Part shown: positions 19,002-28,528 of the stretch, piece after piece | Position numbering within the stretch: the stretch's first letter is position 1 | How the letters are laid out: each line of letters starts with the position of its first letter | Assembly (NCBI GenBank): GCA_043799545.1 | Contig: JAZDNO010000030.1 | Location: 24,101-88,100, forward strand | Length of the DNA stretch: 64,000 bases | Source of the DNA: Methanobacteriota archaeon | Lineage (GTDB): Archaea > Thermoplasmatota > Thermoplasmata > SG8-5 > DAIRED01 | Direction of reading: 5' to 3' | Position numbers and translations under genes: made by a program | The notes under the pieces: model-generated | Told to the model about the DNA's origin: nothing | Database searches by the model: none | The model's input: only the letters and a program-made list of their open reading frames with translations

Positions 19002-19736
19002 ATGCTCACAATCGTAGGCACCGGCCACGTTCTCGACATTGGAAAGCCCGTCAGGGCAATCGTGAAGGCGCGCGCGCCCTCCGTCGTGGCGCTCGAGCTG
19101 GACCCCCCGCGCTTCCACGGGCTCCAGCACCCGGAGCTGCGTGGGCGCGCCCCTCTCCCGTACATGATAATGGCTTTCATCCAGCGCAGACTCGCCAAGG
19201 ATTACGGAGGCCAGGCGGGGGACGAGATGCTCGCCGCCGCAGACGAGGCAAAGAAAAACGGGGCGTCCGTGGCGCTCGTGGACAAGGATGCCAGGCTCGT
19301 CTTCGAGGAACTGAACCGCGAGATACCGATCAAGGAGAAGGTGAAGATCGGCTGGGCGATGCTGGCGAGCCTTTTCTTGATAGGCGGGACGACCGTGGAC
19401 GCAGAGATGGAGCGTTACAAGAGCGACGAGGCGTCGTACCTGGAGGAATTCGGGAAGGAGTTCCCGGCCATCAAGGAAATCCTCCTGGACCGGAGGAACG
19501 AGCACATGGCGCGCGCCCTGCGGGAGCTGGACGGCAAATACCCGAGCACTGTGGCCTTCGTGGGGGACGGCCACGTGGAAGGACTGCGGAGGCTGCTGGC
19601 GGACCTCTCGCCGGAGATAATCCGCCTGAAGGACCTGACCCGCGAGGGTTTCGAGCCGGAAGATATACATTTTATGTCAATGTGTACGGTGTCGGATGAT
19701 TCTAACTCAAACTGTAATATACAATTTCAGTTATAA
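19002..19736 (+). CDS. TraB/PrgY family protein
   Basis: IVGTGHV, VALELDPPR, LDRRNEHMA, FVGDGHVEG. Confidence 0.85.
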   Translation: MLTIVGTGHVLDIGKPVRAIVKARAPSVVALELDPPRFHGLQHPELRGRAPLPYMIMAFIQRRLAKDYGGQAGDEMLAAADEAKKNGASVALVDKDARLVFEELNREIPIKEKVKIGWAMLASLFLIGGTTVDAEMERYKSDEASYLEEFGKEFPAIKEILLDRRNEHMARALRELDGKYPSTVAFVGDGHVEGLRRLLADLSPEIIRLKDLTREGFEPEDIHFMSMCTVSDDSNSNCNIQFQL

Positions 19737-19785
19737 TCCGACAAAATCCTTATAATCAGAACTTCCCTGTAGGGTTGAGTTCGTC

Positions 19786-20649
19786 ATGAAAGTACGATTA
19801 ATTTCCGCAACGAGAGACGCAGAACGATTAGTGGCAATGGCTGCGAGATCAACGCACACATTAAAATTCCCTGACCACATTTCGGACGTTGAACAAATAG
19901 CCATTATCTCGAATGCCCTAGAAATGGGAATATATACTAAGTCGCAAAAAACTATTATGGATTATTTGCCGAAAAATGAACGGGAATATGGTAAAAGGAT
20001 TCATGATAATGAAGCGACAAGTATGGTAGAAAAAATTAATGCGCTGGGACATACAAGTGTTTTCGAACATGCATCATTCACATTTTCTATTGAAGGGGTA
20101 AGCAGAGCCTGTACGCATCAACTAGTTCGCCACAGAATAGCCTCATATTCTCAACAGAGCCAAAGATACGTTGAAATAAAGGATTGGAAATTTGTGGTGC
20201 CACAATCAATAGAAGGTAATGCCGAAGCAAAACAATGCGTAGATGAATTTAATATTCATGTGAGAAATATTTATATCAAGCTACGTGAACTTGGGATTGA
20301 ACCGCAAGACGCCAGGTATATGTTGCCGAATTCAATGACGACAAACATTGTAGTTACGATGAATGCGCGCGCACTATTAAATTTCTTTGAGCTCAGGACA
20401 TGCTTGAAAGCGCAATGGGAAATTCGCCAAATGGCAATATTAATGCTAAAAGAGGTTCGTAAAAAAGCACCAAATATATTTCAAAATGCTGGCCCCCAGT
20501 GTAGAAAATTAGGCTATTGCCCAGAACGTGATGATAACTGTACAATGAATCCAAGGCACATGAGGGGCGGGAAAAAAATAAAGATTGAAAAAGACACTTC
20601 GCAGCAAATTCAGGAGGTGGCGAATCACAATGTTCCTTCTAACGAATAA
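19786..20649 (+). CDS. thyX: FAD-dependent thymidylate synthase ThyX
   Basis: GHTSVFEH, HQLVRHRIASYSQQSQRY, DARYMLP, AQWEIR; AT-rich. Confidence 0.95.
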   Translation: MKVRLISATRDAERLVAMAARSTHTLKFPDHISDVEQIAIISNALEMGIYTKSQKTIMDYLPKNEREYGKRIHDNEATSMVEKINALGHTSVFEHASFTFSIEGVSRACTHQLVRHRIASYSQQSQRYVEIKDWKFVVPQSIEGNAEAKQCVDEFNIHVRNIYIKLRELGIEPQDARYMLPNSMTTNIVVTMNARALLNFFELRTCLKAQWEIRQMAILMLKEVRKKAPNIFQNAGPQCRKLGYCPERDDNCTMNPRHMRGGKKIKIEKDTSQQIQEVANHNVPSNE

Positions 20650-21163
20650 AAAGATAATCGATTATATGGAGGAAGGTCTATTAGATATTGAAAATTTTAA
20701 ACAAGAATTACTCAGTCATACCTACTATAATTTTCGATTGGGAAACCTCTATCGATTATGGGATTCCGAAAAAGAAGACTGGCAGATTAATGAACTAGAT
20801 GGAGGGAAAAACAATATCCTTTTTATTCCACCCGGGGGATATGCACTTATCAAATCCTATGAGCGATTTTATTGTTCAAAAAAGGTTATGGCAATTTTTG
20901 GGCAAAAGTCCAATTTGCAACAAATGGGTTTGTCGCTGAACCATTCACCAAGCATCGATCCTGGCTTTAGAGGTTATTTAGAACTTGGCCTTGTGAATTA
21001 CTTATCAAAGCCTGTAGAGATATGCGTCGGCGAGATAATTGGGAAGGCGCTATTCTTCGATGTCTCAGATACATATCCTGTTGGGCCAATAAATCCTCTA
21101 GATGAAGCAAATTACTTGCGCAGACAGAAATTAGAAGACGGGCCGATACAAAGCAATAAATAA
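20630..21163 (+). CDS. dCTP deaminase/dUTPase superfamily protein lacking deaminase catalytic residues
   Basis: NFRLG and IDPGFRGYLELGLVN motifs; SD GGAGGTG before ATG 20630; AT-rich. Confidence 0.8.
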   Translation: MFLLTNKKIIDYMEEGLLDIENFKQELLSHTYYNFRLGNLYRLWDSEKEDWQINELDGGKNNILFIPPGGYALIKSYERFYCSKKVMAIFGQKSNLQQMGLSLNHSPSIDPGFRGYLELGLVNYLSKPVEICVGEIIGKALFFDVSDTYPVGPINPLDEANYLRRQKLEDGPIQSNK

Positions 21164-21164
21164 A

Positions 21165-22226
21165 TTACCCTGGCACGAAGATGCCCAGCACGCAGAACAC
21201 CCCCGTGACCGCCCACATCGCCGTTGTGGCCTGCTTTTCGTTCATCCTGTAATAATACGGCAGGATCCACTTCAGCGTGTACGGGTTGGGCACCTCCAGC
21301 GTGCCGTCCTCGCGGACCTTCGAGAACTTTGCGGTGGCGTAGCGCGGGTCGTCGGGCAGGCGCTTGTTCTGCGCGCGCCAGTATACGTAGAGGACGAAGT
21401 TCGCTATGTGCGGGATGAGCATGACCGTCCCCGCCCAGAGGTAATGCTTCGAGACGATTATCGCCCCCAGGGCACCCCCGACTGCCATGGAGCCGATGTT
21501 GCCCTCGAACGCCCGCGAAGGATATTTGTTGTACCAGAGGAACACGAGGAGGGCGCCGGCGATGGCCGCCGCCGTGTAGAGGTTATCGAGGTCGTCCTCG
21601 ACCCAGGCCTTGAGAAGCACCGCGACCAGGACTATGAATGCGCAGCCCGACTGCAGGCCGTTGAAGCCGGAGTGCATGTTCTTCAGGTTGGCCACGACCA
21701 TGATGTAGACGGGAACTATGATGTACCGGATGAACGTGCTTCCAGTGACCTCGCCGAAACCCCAGAGGTCGAAGCTGTACTGCGCGCTCTGTATGACCCC
21801 GACGCCGGGAATCCAGGGGTCCCATCCAGTCAGGACCAGGACGAGCGGGTACGAGAAGAGAAGCGGGAGGATTATCTTGGAGGTCCTGCCGACGTCGATG
21901 AAGTCGTCTAGCACACCGTAGAAGGCGTACATCAAAAGGACGATGAGGATTGCGTTGTCTATGTCAGACGGGTCGCGCGGAAGGAATCCCTCGCCCGCGA
22001 ACCTGTTGACGAACCTGAAGACCAGCGGCAGGAAGATGACCGTTATCAGCACAACGAAAAGGGTCAGGATGCCCGCGTTCGTCGCCACCTCCCGCCCGTC
22101 CGGCTTGTGCATGTCATTGACGACGACGCGCTTGACGGACATCTTCCATATGAACCAGTGCATGAGCCTGGCCGACATGAGCACGGCGACGATGAATGTC
22201 AGCAGCAGCCCGTAATCGATTTCCAT
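21165..22226 (-). CDS. UDP-GlcNAc:dolichyl-phosphate GlcNAc-1-P transferase-like protein (GT4/MraY/AglH family)
   Basis: DMHKP, GVLDDF, NLKNMHSGFNGLQ, YNKYPSRAFEGNIGS. Confidence 0.85.
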   Translation of the reverse strand: MEIDYGLLLTFIVAVLMSARLMHWFIWKMSVKRVVVNDMHKPDGREVATNAGILTLFVVLITVIFLPLVFRFVNRFAGEGFLPRDPSDIDNAILIVLLMYAFYGVLDDFIDVGRTSKIILPLLFSYPLVLVLTGWDPWIPGVGVIQSAQYSFDLWGFGEVTGSTFIRYIIVPVYIMVVANLKNMHSGFNGLQSGCAFIVLVAVLLKAWVEDDLDNLYTAAAIAGALLVFLWYNKYPSRAFEGNIGSMAVGGALGAIIVSKHYLWAGTVMLIPHIANFVLYVYWRAQNKRLPDDPRYATAKFSKVREDGTLEVPNPYTLKWILPYYYRMNEKQATTAMWAVTGVFCVLGIFVPG

Positions 22227-22276
22227 TTAGTTCAGCATGAACGCGAGGGGGAATATATATATTTCCTTCGGGCGCC

Positions 22277-23002
22277 CTACTTCTTCTCCGAGCCATGGGC
22301 GCCTTTTCGAGCCAGCTCCTCGAGGATTTCCGTCTGTATCTGCTGTATCTCCAGGAGGCGCTGCCACTGGTTCGAGACCATGTTGTCCATCTTCTCGTTG
22401 AGATGCCTTATCTCCAGCTCGGCCTTGAGGTTCACCTTGTAATCCTCCTGGGCGCGCAGCCTGTCGCGCTCGGCCTGGCGGTTCTGGCTCATGATGATTA
22501 TCGGAGCCTGCATTGCGGCCAGGGTCGACAGGACGAGGTTCAGCAAGATGTATGGATACGGGTCGAAAGGCTCGCTCAGGAGCGCGATTGAGTTGGCCGC
22601 GACCCACGCGATGATGATGGCGCTGAAAATACCTATGAAAGTCCAGCTGCCGCCGAATGCCGCCACGCGGTCGGCCAGGCGCTCCCCGAATGTCAGATGG
22701 CGCCGGAACTCGGTCTCGACGTTCTTCGAAAGGATTTCGTTCTCTGTGACTCCCCTCACGACGTCCTGCTCGAGGGAGGTTATCTCGACCTTCTCGGCCT
22801 CCAGCACCGCCCTGACCGCTTCGGCCCGGAAGAAGTTCACGTCCTCCCGGCATATGTAGCCTGAACGGGCCCAGTCCGGACGCCTCTTGGAAATCTCCCT
22901 CGCCACGCTTTCGCGCACCAGCTCTCCGAGAACGCACTCGGACGCCTTCTTCTGCCTGCCGCAAATCTGGCAGGCGACAATTTCGTGAGGTTTCCTGGCC
23001 AT
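22277..23002 (-). CDS. DUF1003 membrane protein
   Basis: TFGERLADRVAAFGGSW, FDPYPYILLNL, APIIIMSQNRQ. Confidence 0.9.
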   Translation of the reverse strand: MARKPHEIVACQICGRQKKASECVLGELVRESVAREISKRRPDWARSGYICREDVNFFRAEAVRAVLEAEKVEITSLEQDVVRGVTENEILSKNVETEFRRHLTFGERLADRVAAFGGSWTFIGIFSAIIIAWVAANSIALLSEPFDPYPYILLNLVLSTLAAMQAPIIIMSQNRQAERDRLRAQEDYKVNLKAELEIRHLNEKMDNMVSNQWQRLLEIQQIQTEILEELARKGAHGSEKK

Positions 23003-23060
23003 CCCGTCACATCCCTTCCTTGCCTGCGGACAGGGGGTGCGCGTAGAATAAACTGCCGAA

Positions 23061-23612
23061 TCAGAACAGGGCGGAGATGCTCTCGCAAACCTTTTCGAGG
23101 AAGGCGCGGTCCTCAGCCGAGAAAGCCCTCGGCGCGTGGGAATCTATGTCCAGTTCTCCGGCGATTTCCCCCCTGGCCATGATGGGAACGACGATTTCCG
23201 AGCGGACGTACATGCTGCAGGCGATGTAGTTGGATTCTTGAGAGACGTCGTCCACAACGAACGTTTTTCCGCTCTCGGCCGCCTGGCCGCAAATCCCGCT
23301 TCCGAACGGGATGTGCGTGTGCTCGGTCGGCTCGCCAACGTATGGACCCAGTACGAGCTGCCTGTCCCTCGTCGCGATGTAGAACCCGACCCAGTTGTAA
23401 CTGGGGAACTTGCTGTTGAGCAGCCAGCAAATCTCCAGCATCTTGGCCTCGCACCCCGCCTCCTTGGCGACGATGGCCTTGACTCTATCGTATGCGTCGA
23501 GAAAATGTCCGGAAAATTTGGGTGCCTTGGCGGTCTTTGTGACCGCTTTGGGCTTTATCGCCTTCATTGGTTTCGGTGCTGGCGCTTTCTTTCCCGACTT
23601 CTTCTTGGGCAT
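23061..23612 (-). CDS. msrC: GAF-domain protein, free methionine-R-sulfoxide reductase-like
   Basis: WVGFY, GSGICG, YIACS, SEIVVP, ELDIDS; Lys/Ala/Pro-rich N-terminal tail. Confidence 0.8.
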   Translation of the reverse strand: MPKKKSGKKAPAPKPMKAIKPKAVTKTAKAPKFSGHFLDAYDRVKAIVAKEAGCEAKMLEICWLLNSKFPSYNWVGFYIATRDRQLVLGPYVGEPTEHTHIPFGSGICGQAAESGKTFVVDDVSQESNYIACSMYVRSEIVVPIMARGEIAGELDIDSHAPRAFSAEDRAFLEKVCESISALF

Positions 23613-23666
23613 TCGTCACCTGTCCCCTTAATGTTTTTCCGGCAGATAACCTTTGGGCAGGCGCGC

Positions 23667-26600
23667 TCAATATTCGTCCCACGCCTTCACTTTCAAATCT
23701 TCGGGGGCCAGGGTCGTCAGGGCCTCGCACAGCCTCTTCGCAAGCTGGAGGTTCGTGATGAGCGGCACGCCGAAGTCGACCGCCTTGCGCCTGATGAGGT
23801 AGTCGTTCTCCAGCTCCGTGCGCTCGACGTTCTTCGGGATGTTGATGATGAGGTCCAGCTTCCCTTCGGACGTCCAGGTCAGGACGTTCGGCTCCTCGCC
23901 GTCCAGGGGCCAGTGGAGGGGTTTGACCTTCACGCCTTCTTTCGAGTAGAAATCGGCGGTGCCCTTGGTCCCGTAAAGCTCGTAGCCTTTTGCCTCCAGC
24001 GCCCTGATGCCGGGCAGCAGCTCCGCCTTGCTCTCCACGGGACCGGTCGACAGGAAAACCGTCTTCTTCGGTAGCCTGAAGTTCACGGAGAGGAGGCTCT
24101 TGAGGAAAGCTTCAAGGAAATCGTCGCCCAGGCACGCCACTTCTCCCGTCGAGACCATCTCCACGCCAGACACGGGGTCGGAGCCCTTGAGCCTGGTGAA
24201 CGAGAACATCGGGGCCTTCACCCCCACGTAGTCCAGGTCGAAAGACGACTTGTCCACCTTCGGCACGCGCCTTCCCATCATTATTTTCGTTGCGATGTCA
24301 ACGAAATTCACCTTGAATACCTTTGACACGAACGGGGTGCTCCGCGAGGCGCGGAGGTTGCACTCGATGACCTTCACCTCGTTGTTCTTGCAGATGAACT
24401 GGATGTTGAACGGGCCCGTTATCTTCAGAGATTTGGCTATCTGGGCGGTTATCTTCTTTATGCGCCTCATAGTCTCCAGGTAAGTCCTCTGGGGGGGCAG
24501 CACCAGCGTGGCGTCGCCGCTGTGGACGCCCGCGTTCTCCACGTGCGCCGATATGCCGTAGCAGTACAGCTCGCCCTTGTTCGCCACTGCGTCTATCTCG
24601 ACCTCCTTCGCCCCCGCGATGAACTTGCTTATGACAACGGGCGCGTCCGCGCTGACGTCCGAAGCCTTCTTCAAATACTGGCGCAACTCTGATTTCGAGA
24701 GCGCCACCGACATCGCCGCCCCGCTGAGCACGTAGCTCGGGCGAACCAGCACCGGGTATCCGACTCGCTCTGCGAACGCTTCCGCCTCCTCGACGCTCGT
24801 GAGCTCCTCCCATTCCGGCTGGTCAATGCCGAGCTTGTCCAGCAGCGCGGAGAACTTGTGCCTGTCCTCGGCGATGTCGATGCTCACGGGGGACGTGCCG
24901 AGAACCTTCACCCCGGCGGCGTGCAGCTTCAAGGCGAGGTTGTTGGGCGCCTGGCCTCCCATCGAGACGATTGCCCCCAGCGGGCGCTCGTGCTCGAATA
25001 CGTCCATCACTCGCTCGAGGCTCAGTTCCTCGAAGTACAGCTTGTGGCATACGTCGTAATCTGTGCTCACGGTTTCGGGATTGCAGTTGATGACTATGGG
25101 CTTGAACTTCATCCTCTCCAGAGCCTGGACGGCGTTGACGCAGCACCAGTCGAACTCCACCGACGAGCCTATGCGGTAAGGCCCGCCTCCGAGGACGACC
25201 ACCTGGCCCTTCTCCCCCCTTTTGATGTCGTCCTCATCGCCGTTGTATGTCATGTAGAGGTAGTTCACCCCCGCCGGATATTCGGCGGCTAGAGTGTCAA
25301 TCTGCTTGACGCAGGGGATTATCCCGTGCTTCTTGCGGAGCTCTCTAATTTTCAGCTCGGTGGCGTCCGTGGCGATTGCGACCTGTCTATCCGAAAATCC
25401 CATCCTCTTCGAGCGGAGGAGCGTCTCTGGAGCGAGGGGCTTCGACCCACGGAGCTCCCGCTCCATCGCTATGACGTTCTCCATCTTCTGGAGGAACCAG
25501 GGGTCTATCCTCGACAGCTCCGATATCTTCTCCACGGAAAAACCTCTGCTGAACGCCTCGGCGACCGCGAACATCCTCCTGTCCGTGGGAACGGAAAGCG
25601 CCTTCTCCAGGTCGTCGAAGGGCGCGTCGTTGCATGCCAGGCCGTTCATGCCCGCGTCCAGCATCCGTATCGCCTTCTGGAGGGCCTCCTCGAAGCTCCG
25701 GCCGATGGCCATCACCTCGCCGATGGACTTCATCTCGGAGCCCAGAATCATGCTCACGTTGCGGAACTTCTGGAGGTCCCATTTCGGGTACTTGACGACG
25801 ATGTAATCCAGCGCGGGCTCGAAGCAGGCGAAGGTCTCGCCCGTTGCGACGTTCCTTACCTCGGCCAGGGATTGCCCGAGGGCGAGCTTCGTTGCTATGA
25901 ATGCGAGAGGGTAGCCGGTGGCCTTCGATGCGAGCGCGGAGCTGCGGCTGAGGCGCGCGTTCACCTCTATTATGCGGTACTGGCTTGACCGGGTGTCCAG
26001 GGCGAACTGGACGTTGCACTCCCCCACTATCCCGAGCGACCGGATGAGCTTGATGGCCAGCGAGCGCAGGAAGAAGTTCTCGCCCGCCGTGAGCGTCTGG
26101 ACCGGGGCGACTACGATGCTCTCCCCAGTGTGGATGCCCATCGGGTCGACGTTCTCCATCGTGCAAACGACGATGCAGTTGTCGTGCCTGTCCCGGACGA
26201 CCTCGTACTCCAGCTCCTTCCAGCCGTAGAGATACTCCTCGATCAGTATCTGTTTCGCGTGGGAGAGCGCCTTGGCGGCCATCTCCTCGAGCTCGCGCGC
26301 ATCGTGGGCCGCGCCCGAGCCCAGCCCGCCGAGCGCGTAGGCGATGCGGCACATGACTGGGTAGCCGATTTTCTCCGCGGCTGCCAGCGCCTCGGCGACG
26401 GTCGCCACCGCGGCGCTCTCGGGGACTTCCATTCCCACGCCACGCACCCTTTCCGCGAAACGCTCGCGGTCCTCGGTGTCCCGTATCGCCTCTATCGGCG
26501 ATCCCAGCACAACTATCCCGTATTTGGCGAGGACGCCGCTCTCCGCGAGAGCCAGCCCGACGTTGAGCGCGGTCTGCCCGCCGAAGCCGAGCATTATGGC

Positions 26601-26843
26601 GTCCGGGCGCTCCTTCTCTATCACGCGCTCCACGAAAGCCGGGTCGACCGGAATCAGGTAAATCTTGTCCGCCATGCCCTCCGAGGTCTGGATTGTCGCG
26701 ATGTTCGGGTTGACCAGGACGGTCTTGATGCCCTCCTCCTTAAGGGCTTTTATGCACTGGCTTCCCGAATAGTCGAACTCTCCCGCCTGGCCGATGCTGA
26801 TTGCGCCGGAACCGAGCAGCAGGACCTTCCGGACCTTTTTCAT
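23667..26843 (-). CDS. carB: Carbamoyl-phosphate synthase large subunit
   Basis: IGQAGEFDYSGSQ, two ATP-grasp domains, C-terminal MGS domain. Confidence 0.99.
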   Translation of the reverse strand: MKKVRKVLLLGSGAISIGQAGEFDYSGSQCIKALKEEGIKTVLVNPNIATIQTSEGMADKIYLIPVDPAFVERVIEKERPDAIMLGFGGQTALNVGLALAESGVLAKYGIVVLGSPIEAIRDTEDRERFAERVRGVGMEVPESAAVATVAEALAAAEKIGYPVMCRIAYALGGLGSGAAHDARELEEMAAKALSHAKQILIEEYLYGWKELEYEVVRDRHDNCIVVCTMENVDPMGIHTGESIVVAPVQTLTAGENFFLRSLAIKLIRSLGIVGECNVQFALDTRSSQYRIIEVNARLSRSSALASKATGYPLAFIATKLALGQSLAEVRNVATGETFACFEPALDYIVVKYPKWDLQKFRNVSMILGSEMKSIGEVMAIGRSFEEALQKAIRMLDAGMNGLACNDAPFDDLEKALSVPTDRRMFAVAEAFSRGFSVEKISELSRIDPWFLQKMENVIAMERELRGSKPLAPETLLRSKRMGFSDRQVAIATDATELKIRELRKKHGIIPCVKQIDTLAAEYPAGVNYLYMTYNGDEDDIKRGEKGQVVVLGGGPYRIGSSVEFDWCCVNAVQALERMKFKPIVINCNPETVSTDYDVCHKLYFEELSLERVMDVFEHERPLGAIVSMGGQAPNNLALKLHAAGVKVLGTSPVSIDIAEDRHKFSALLDKLGIDQPEWEELTSVEEAEAFAERVGYPVLVRPSYVLSGAAMSVALSKSELRQYLKKASDVSADAPVVISKFIAGAKEVEIDAVANKGELYCYGISAHVENAGVHSGDATLVLPPQRTYLETMRRIKKITAQIAKSLKITGPFNIQFICKNNEVKVIECNLRASRSTPFVSKVFKVNFVDIATKIMMGRRVPKVDKSSFDLDYVGVKAPMFSFTRLKGSDPVSGVEMVSTGEVACLGDDFLEAFLKSLLSVNFRLPKKTVFLSTGPVESKAELLPGIRALEAKGYELYGTKGTADFYSKEGVKVKPLHWPLDGEEPNVLTWTSEGKLDLIINIPKNVERTELENDYLIRRKAVDFGVPLITNLQLAKRLCEALTTLAPEDLKVKAWDEY

Positions 26844-26943
26844 CTATGGCGCCTCCGGAAGGAGGCCTCGGATTCCAGAGCCGAGCGGGAGAACCTTTTT
26901 GATTTTCCTCTTTCGAGCGACCTCGTGAACGGGAGGAACCGTC

Positions 26944-28020
26944 TCATTTGAAAGCCCTCCCGAAGATGTCGAAGATGAACTCCGTGTCGTCCGGGCCAGG
27001 CGACGCTTCGGGGTGGAACTGCGCGCCGAAGAACGGCTTGGAGATGTGATGGATCCCCTCGTTCGTGCCGTCGTTGTTGTTTCGGAACCACTCGCGCCAG
27101 TCCTCGGGAAGGGTCGCCGAGTCGACAGCGAAGCCGTGGTTCTGTGATGTGATGTAGCAGCGCTTCGTTCCCGACTCGAGGCAAGGCTGGTTCTGCCCCC
27201 TGTGGCCGTAGCTGAGCTTGTAGGTCTTGGCTCCGGCCGCGAGACCGAGTATCTGCGAGCCCAGGCAAATCCCCAGCAGCGGCCTGCCAGATTCCATGTA
27301 GCGCCTGGTGTTCTCCACTGTTCTGTCCATCCGCTTCGGGTCCCCGGGGCCGTTGGAGAGAACCGCGCCGTCGCAGTCCTCTTTCGAGAAATCGCAGTCC
27401 CACGGCACGCGGACGACCTTCATTCCGCGCTTCAGGAACGCCCGCAGGATGTTGTTCTTGACCCCGCAATCCACGACCGCGATTTTGCGTTTCCCCCGGC
27501 CGTATTCGACGGGTTCGCGCACGCCTGCCTCCGCAGCGAGGTTGCCCTCGTTGGGGTCGGAAAACTTGCCAGGTTCCTGGCCAGGATGCGTTATCTTGCC
27601 GAGCGCCGTCCCCCTTTCCCTCAAATGCTTGGTCAGGGCGCGCGTATCCACGCCGGAAATCCCGGGTATCCCCCGCTCGCCGAGCCAGTCGGAGAGAGAC
27701 TTCTTCGCGCTCCAGTGCGAATACCTTGCCGAATGCTCGGAGACCACCAGCCCCCTGACGTGGATGCCGTCCGATTCGAAATTCCGCAGAAGGCCGTTCT
27801 CGCGCTCGTCGCCGGGCACGCCGTAGTTGCCCACGAGCGGGTACGTCATGGCGAGTATCTGCCCCCTGTACGATGGGTCCGTGAGGGTCTCCGGGTATCC
27901 AATCATCCCCGTGTTGAAAACGACCTCGCCGTCCGTCTCCGTTTCCGCGCCGAACCACTCCCCCTCGAAGGTCCGCCCGTCCTCGAGGACCAACCGGGCG
28001 GGTCTGGCTCGCTCAGACAC
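26944..28020 (-). CDS. carA: Carbamoyl-phosphate synthase small subunit
   Basis: GEVVFNTGM, SNGPGDP, GICLG, QFHPE. Confidence 0.98.
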   Translation of the reverse strand: MSERARPARLVLEDGRTFEGEWFGAETETDGEVVFNTGMIGYPETLTDPSYRGQILAMTYPLVGNYGVPGDERENGLLRNFESDGIHVRGLVVSEHSARYSHWSAKKSLSDWLGERGIPGISGVDTRALTKHLRERGTALGKITHPGQEPGKFSDPNEGNLAAEAGVREPVEYGRGKRKIAVVDCGVKNNILRAFLKRGMKVVRVPWDCDFSKEDCDGAVLSNGPGDPKRMDRTVENTRRYMESGRPLLGICLGSQILGLAAGAKTYKLSYGHRGQNQPCLESGTKRCYITSQNHGFAVDSATLPEDWREWFRNNNDGTNEGIHHISKPFFGAQFHPEASPGPDDTEFIFDIFGRAFK

Positions 28021-28177
28021 GGAGGGCCCTCCCTTCGGGAGGCGATGGTGTGCGCTGGAAAACGCGATGGCTAAAAACCCCCCAAACCGTCTGGTCCATT
28101 GGGAGGATGTGATACGCCTCGGAGATATAAATCTAATCTACGCAATCTATTTCTTCTTCCAAAGCAATGCATGCCTC

Positions 28178-28528
28178 ATGGAAGCGGATGTGTTGAAGGC
28201 GGAGATTGTCGAAACGGGGAAGGAAGGCAATACAAGGCTGGTGGACACAGACCGCCTGGGGCAGTCGTTCATGCTCCTCGGGGCAATCGTGCTCTTCATC
28301 CACCTTTCGCTCACTGTCCTGTCGCTTGCGGTTCCGGCAGAATCGAGCTGGATGGTTTTCAACATGTGGGGCATCAACAGGTTCGTTTCCGTCACAGTCG
28401 TTTGCTGCGTGATTATCGCCATAGGGTGGATGCTCTGCAGGAAGGCCGGATGCTCTTTTCTAGGGGACGAGCCTCAGCCTGTCCCTGGGGAAAAGAACGC
28501 ACTCCCTGATGTTCGGGAGCCCCAGTAG
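28178..28528 (+). CDS. Possible small two-TM membrane protein
   Basis: Two hydrophobic segments; overlaps the aspS 3' end by 69 nt on the opposite strand; no family recognised. Confidence 0.35.
   Translation: MEADVLKAEIVETGKEGNTRLVDTDRLGQSFMLLGAIVLFIHLSLTVLSLAVPAESSWMVFNMWGINRFVSVTVVCCVIIAIGWMLCRKAGCSFLGDEPQPVPGEKNALPDVREPQ

Noticed and set aside
20630-21163. dCTP deaminase as an anti-phage defence gene
   Set aside because: It has the trimeric dUTPase fold rather than the kinase plus Zn-deaminase (AvcD-type) architecture, lacks the deaminase residues, and is coupled to thyX.
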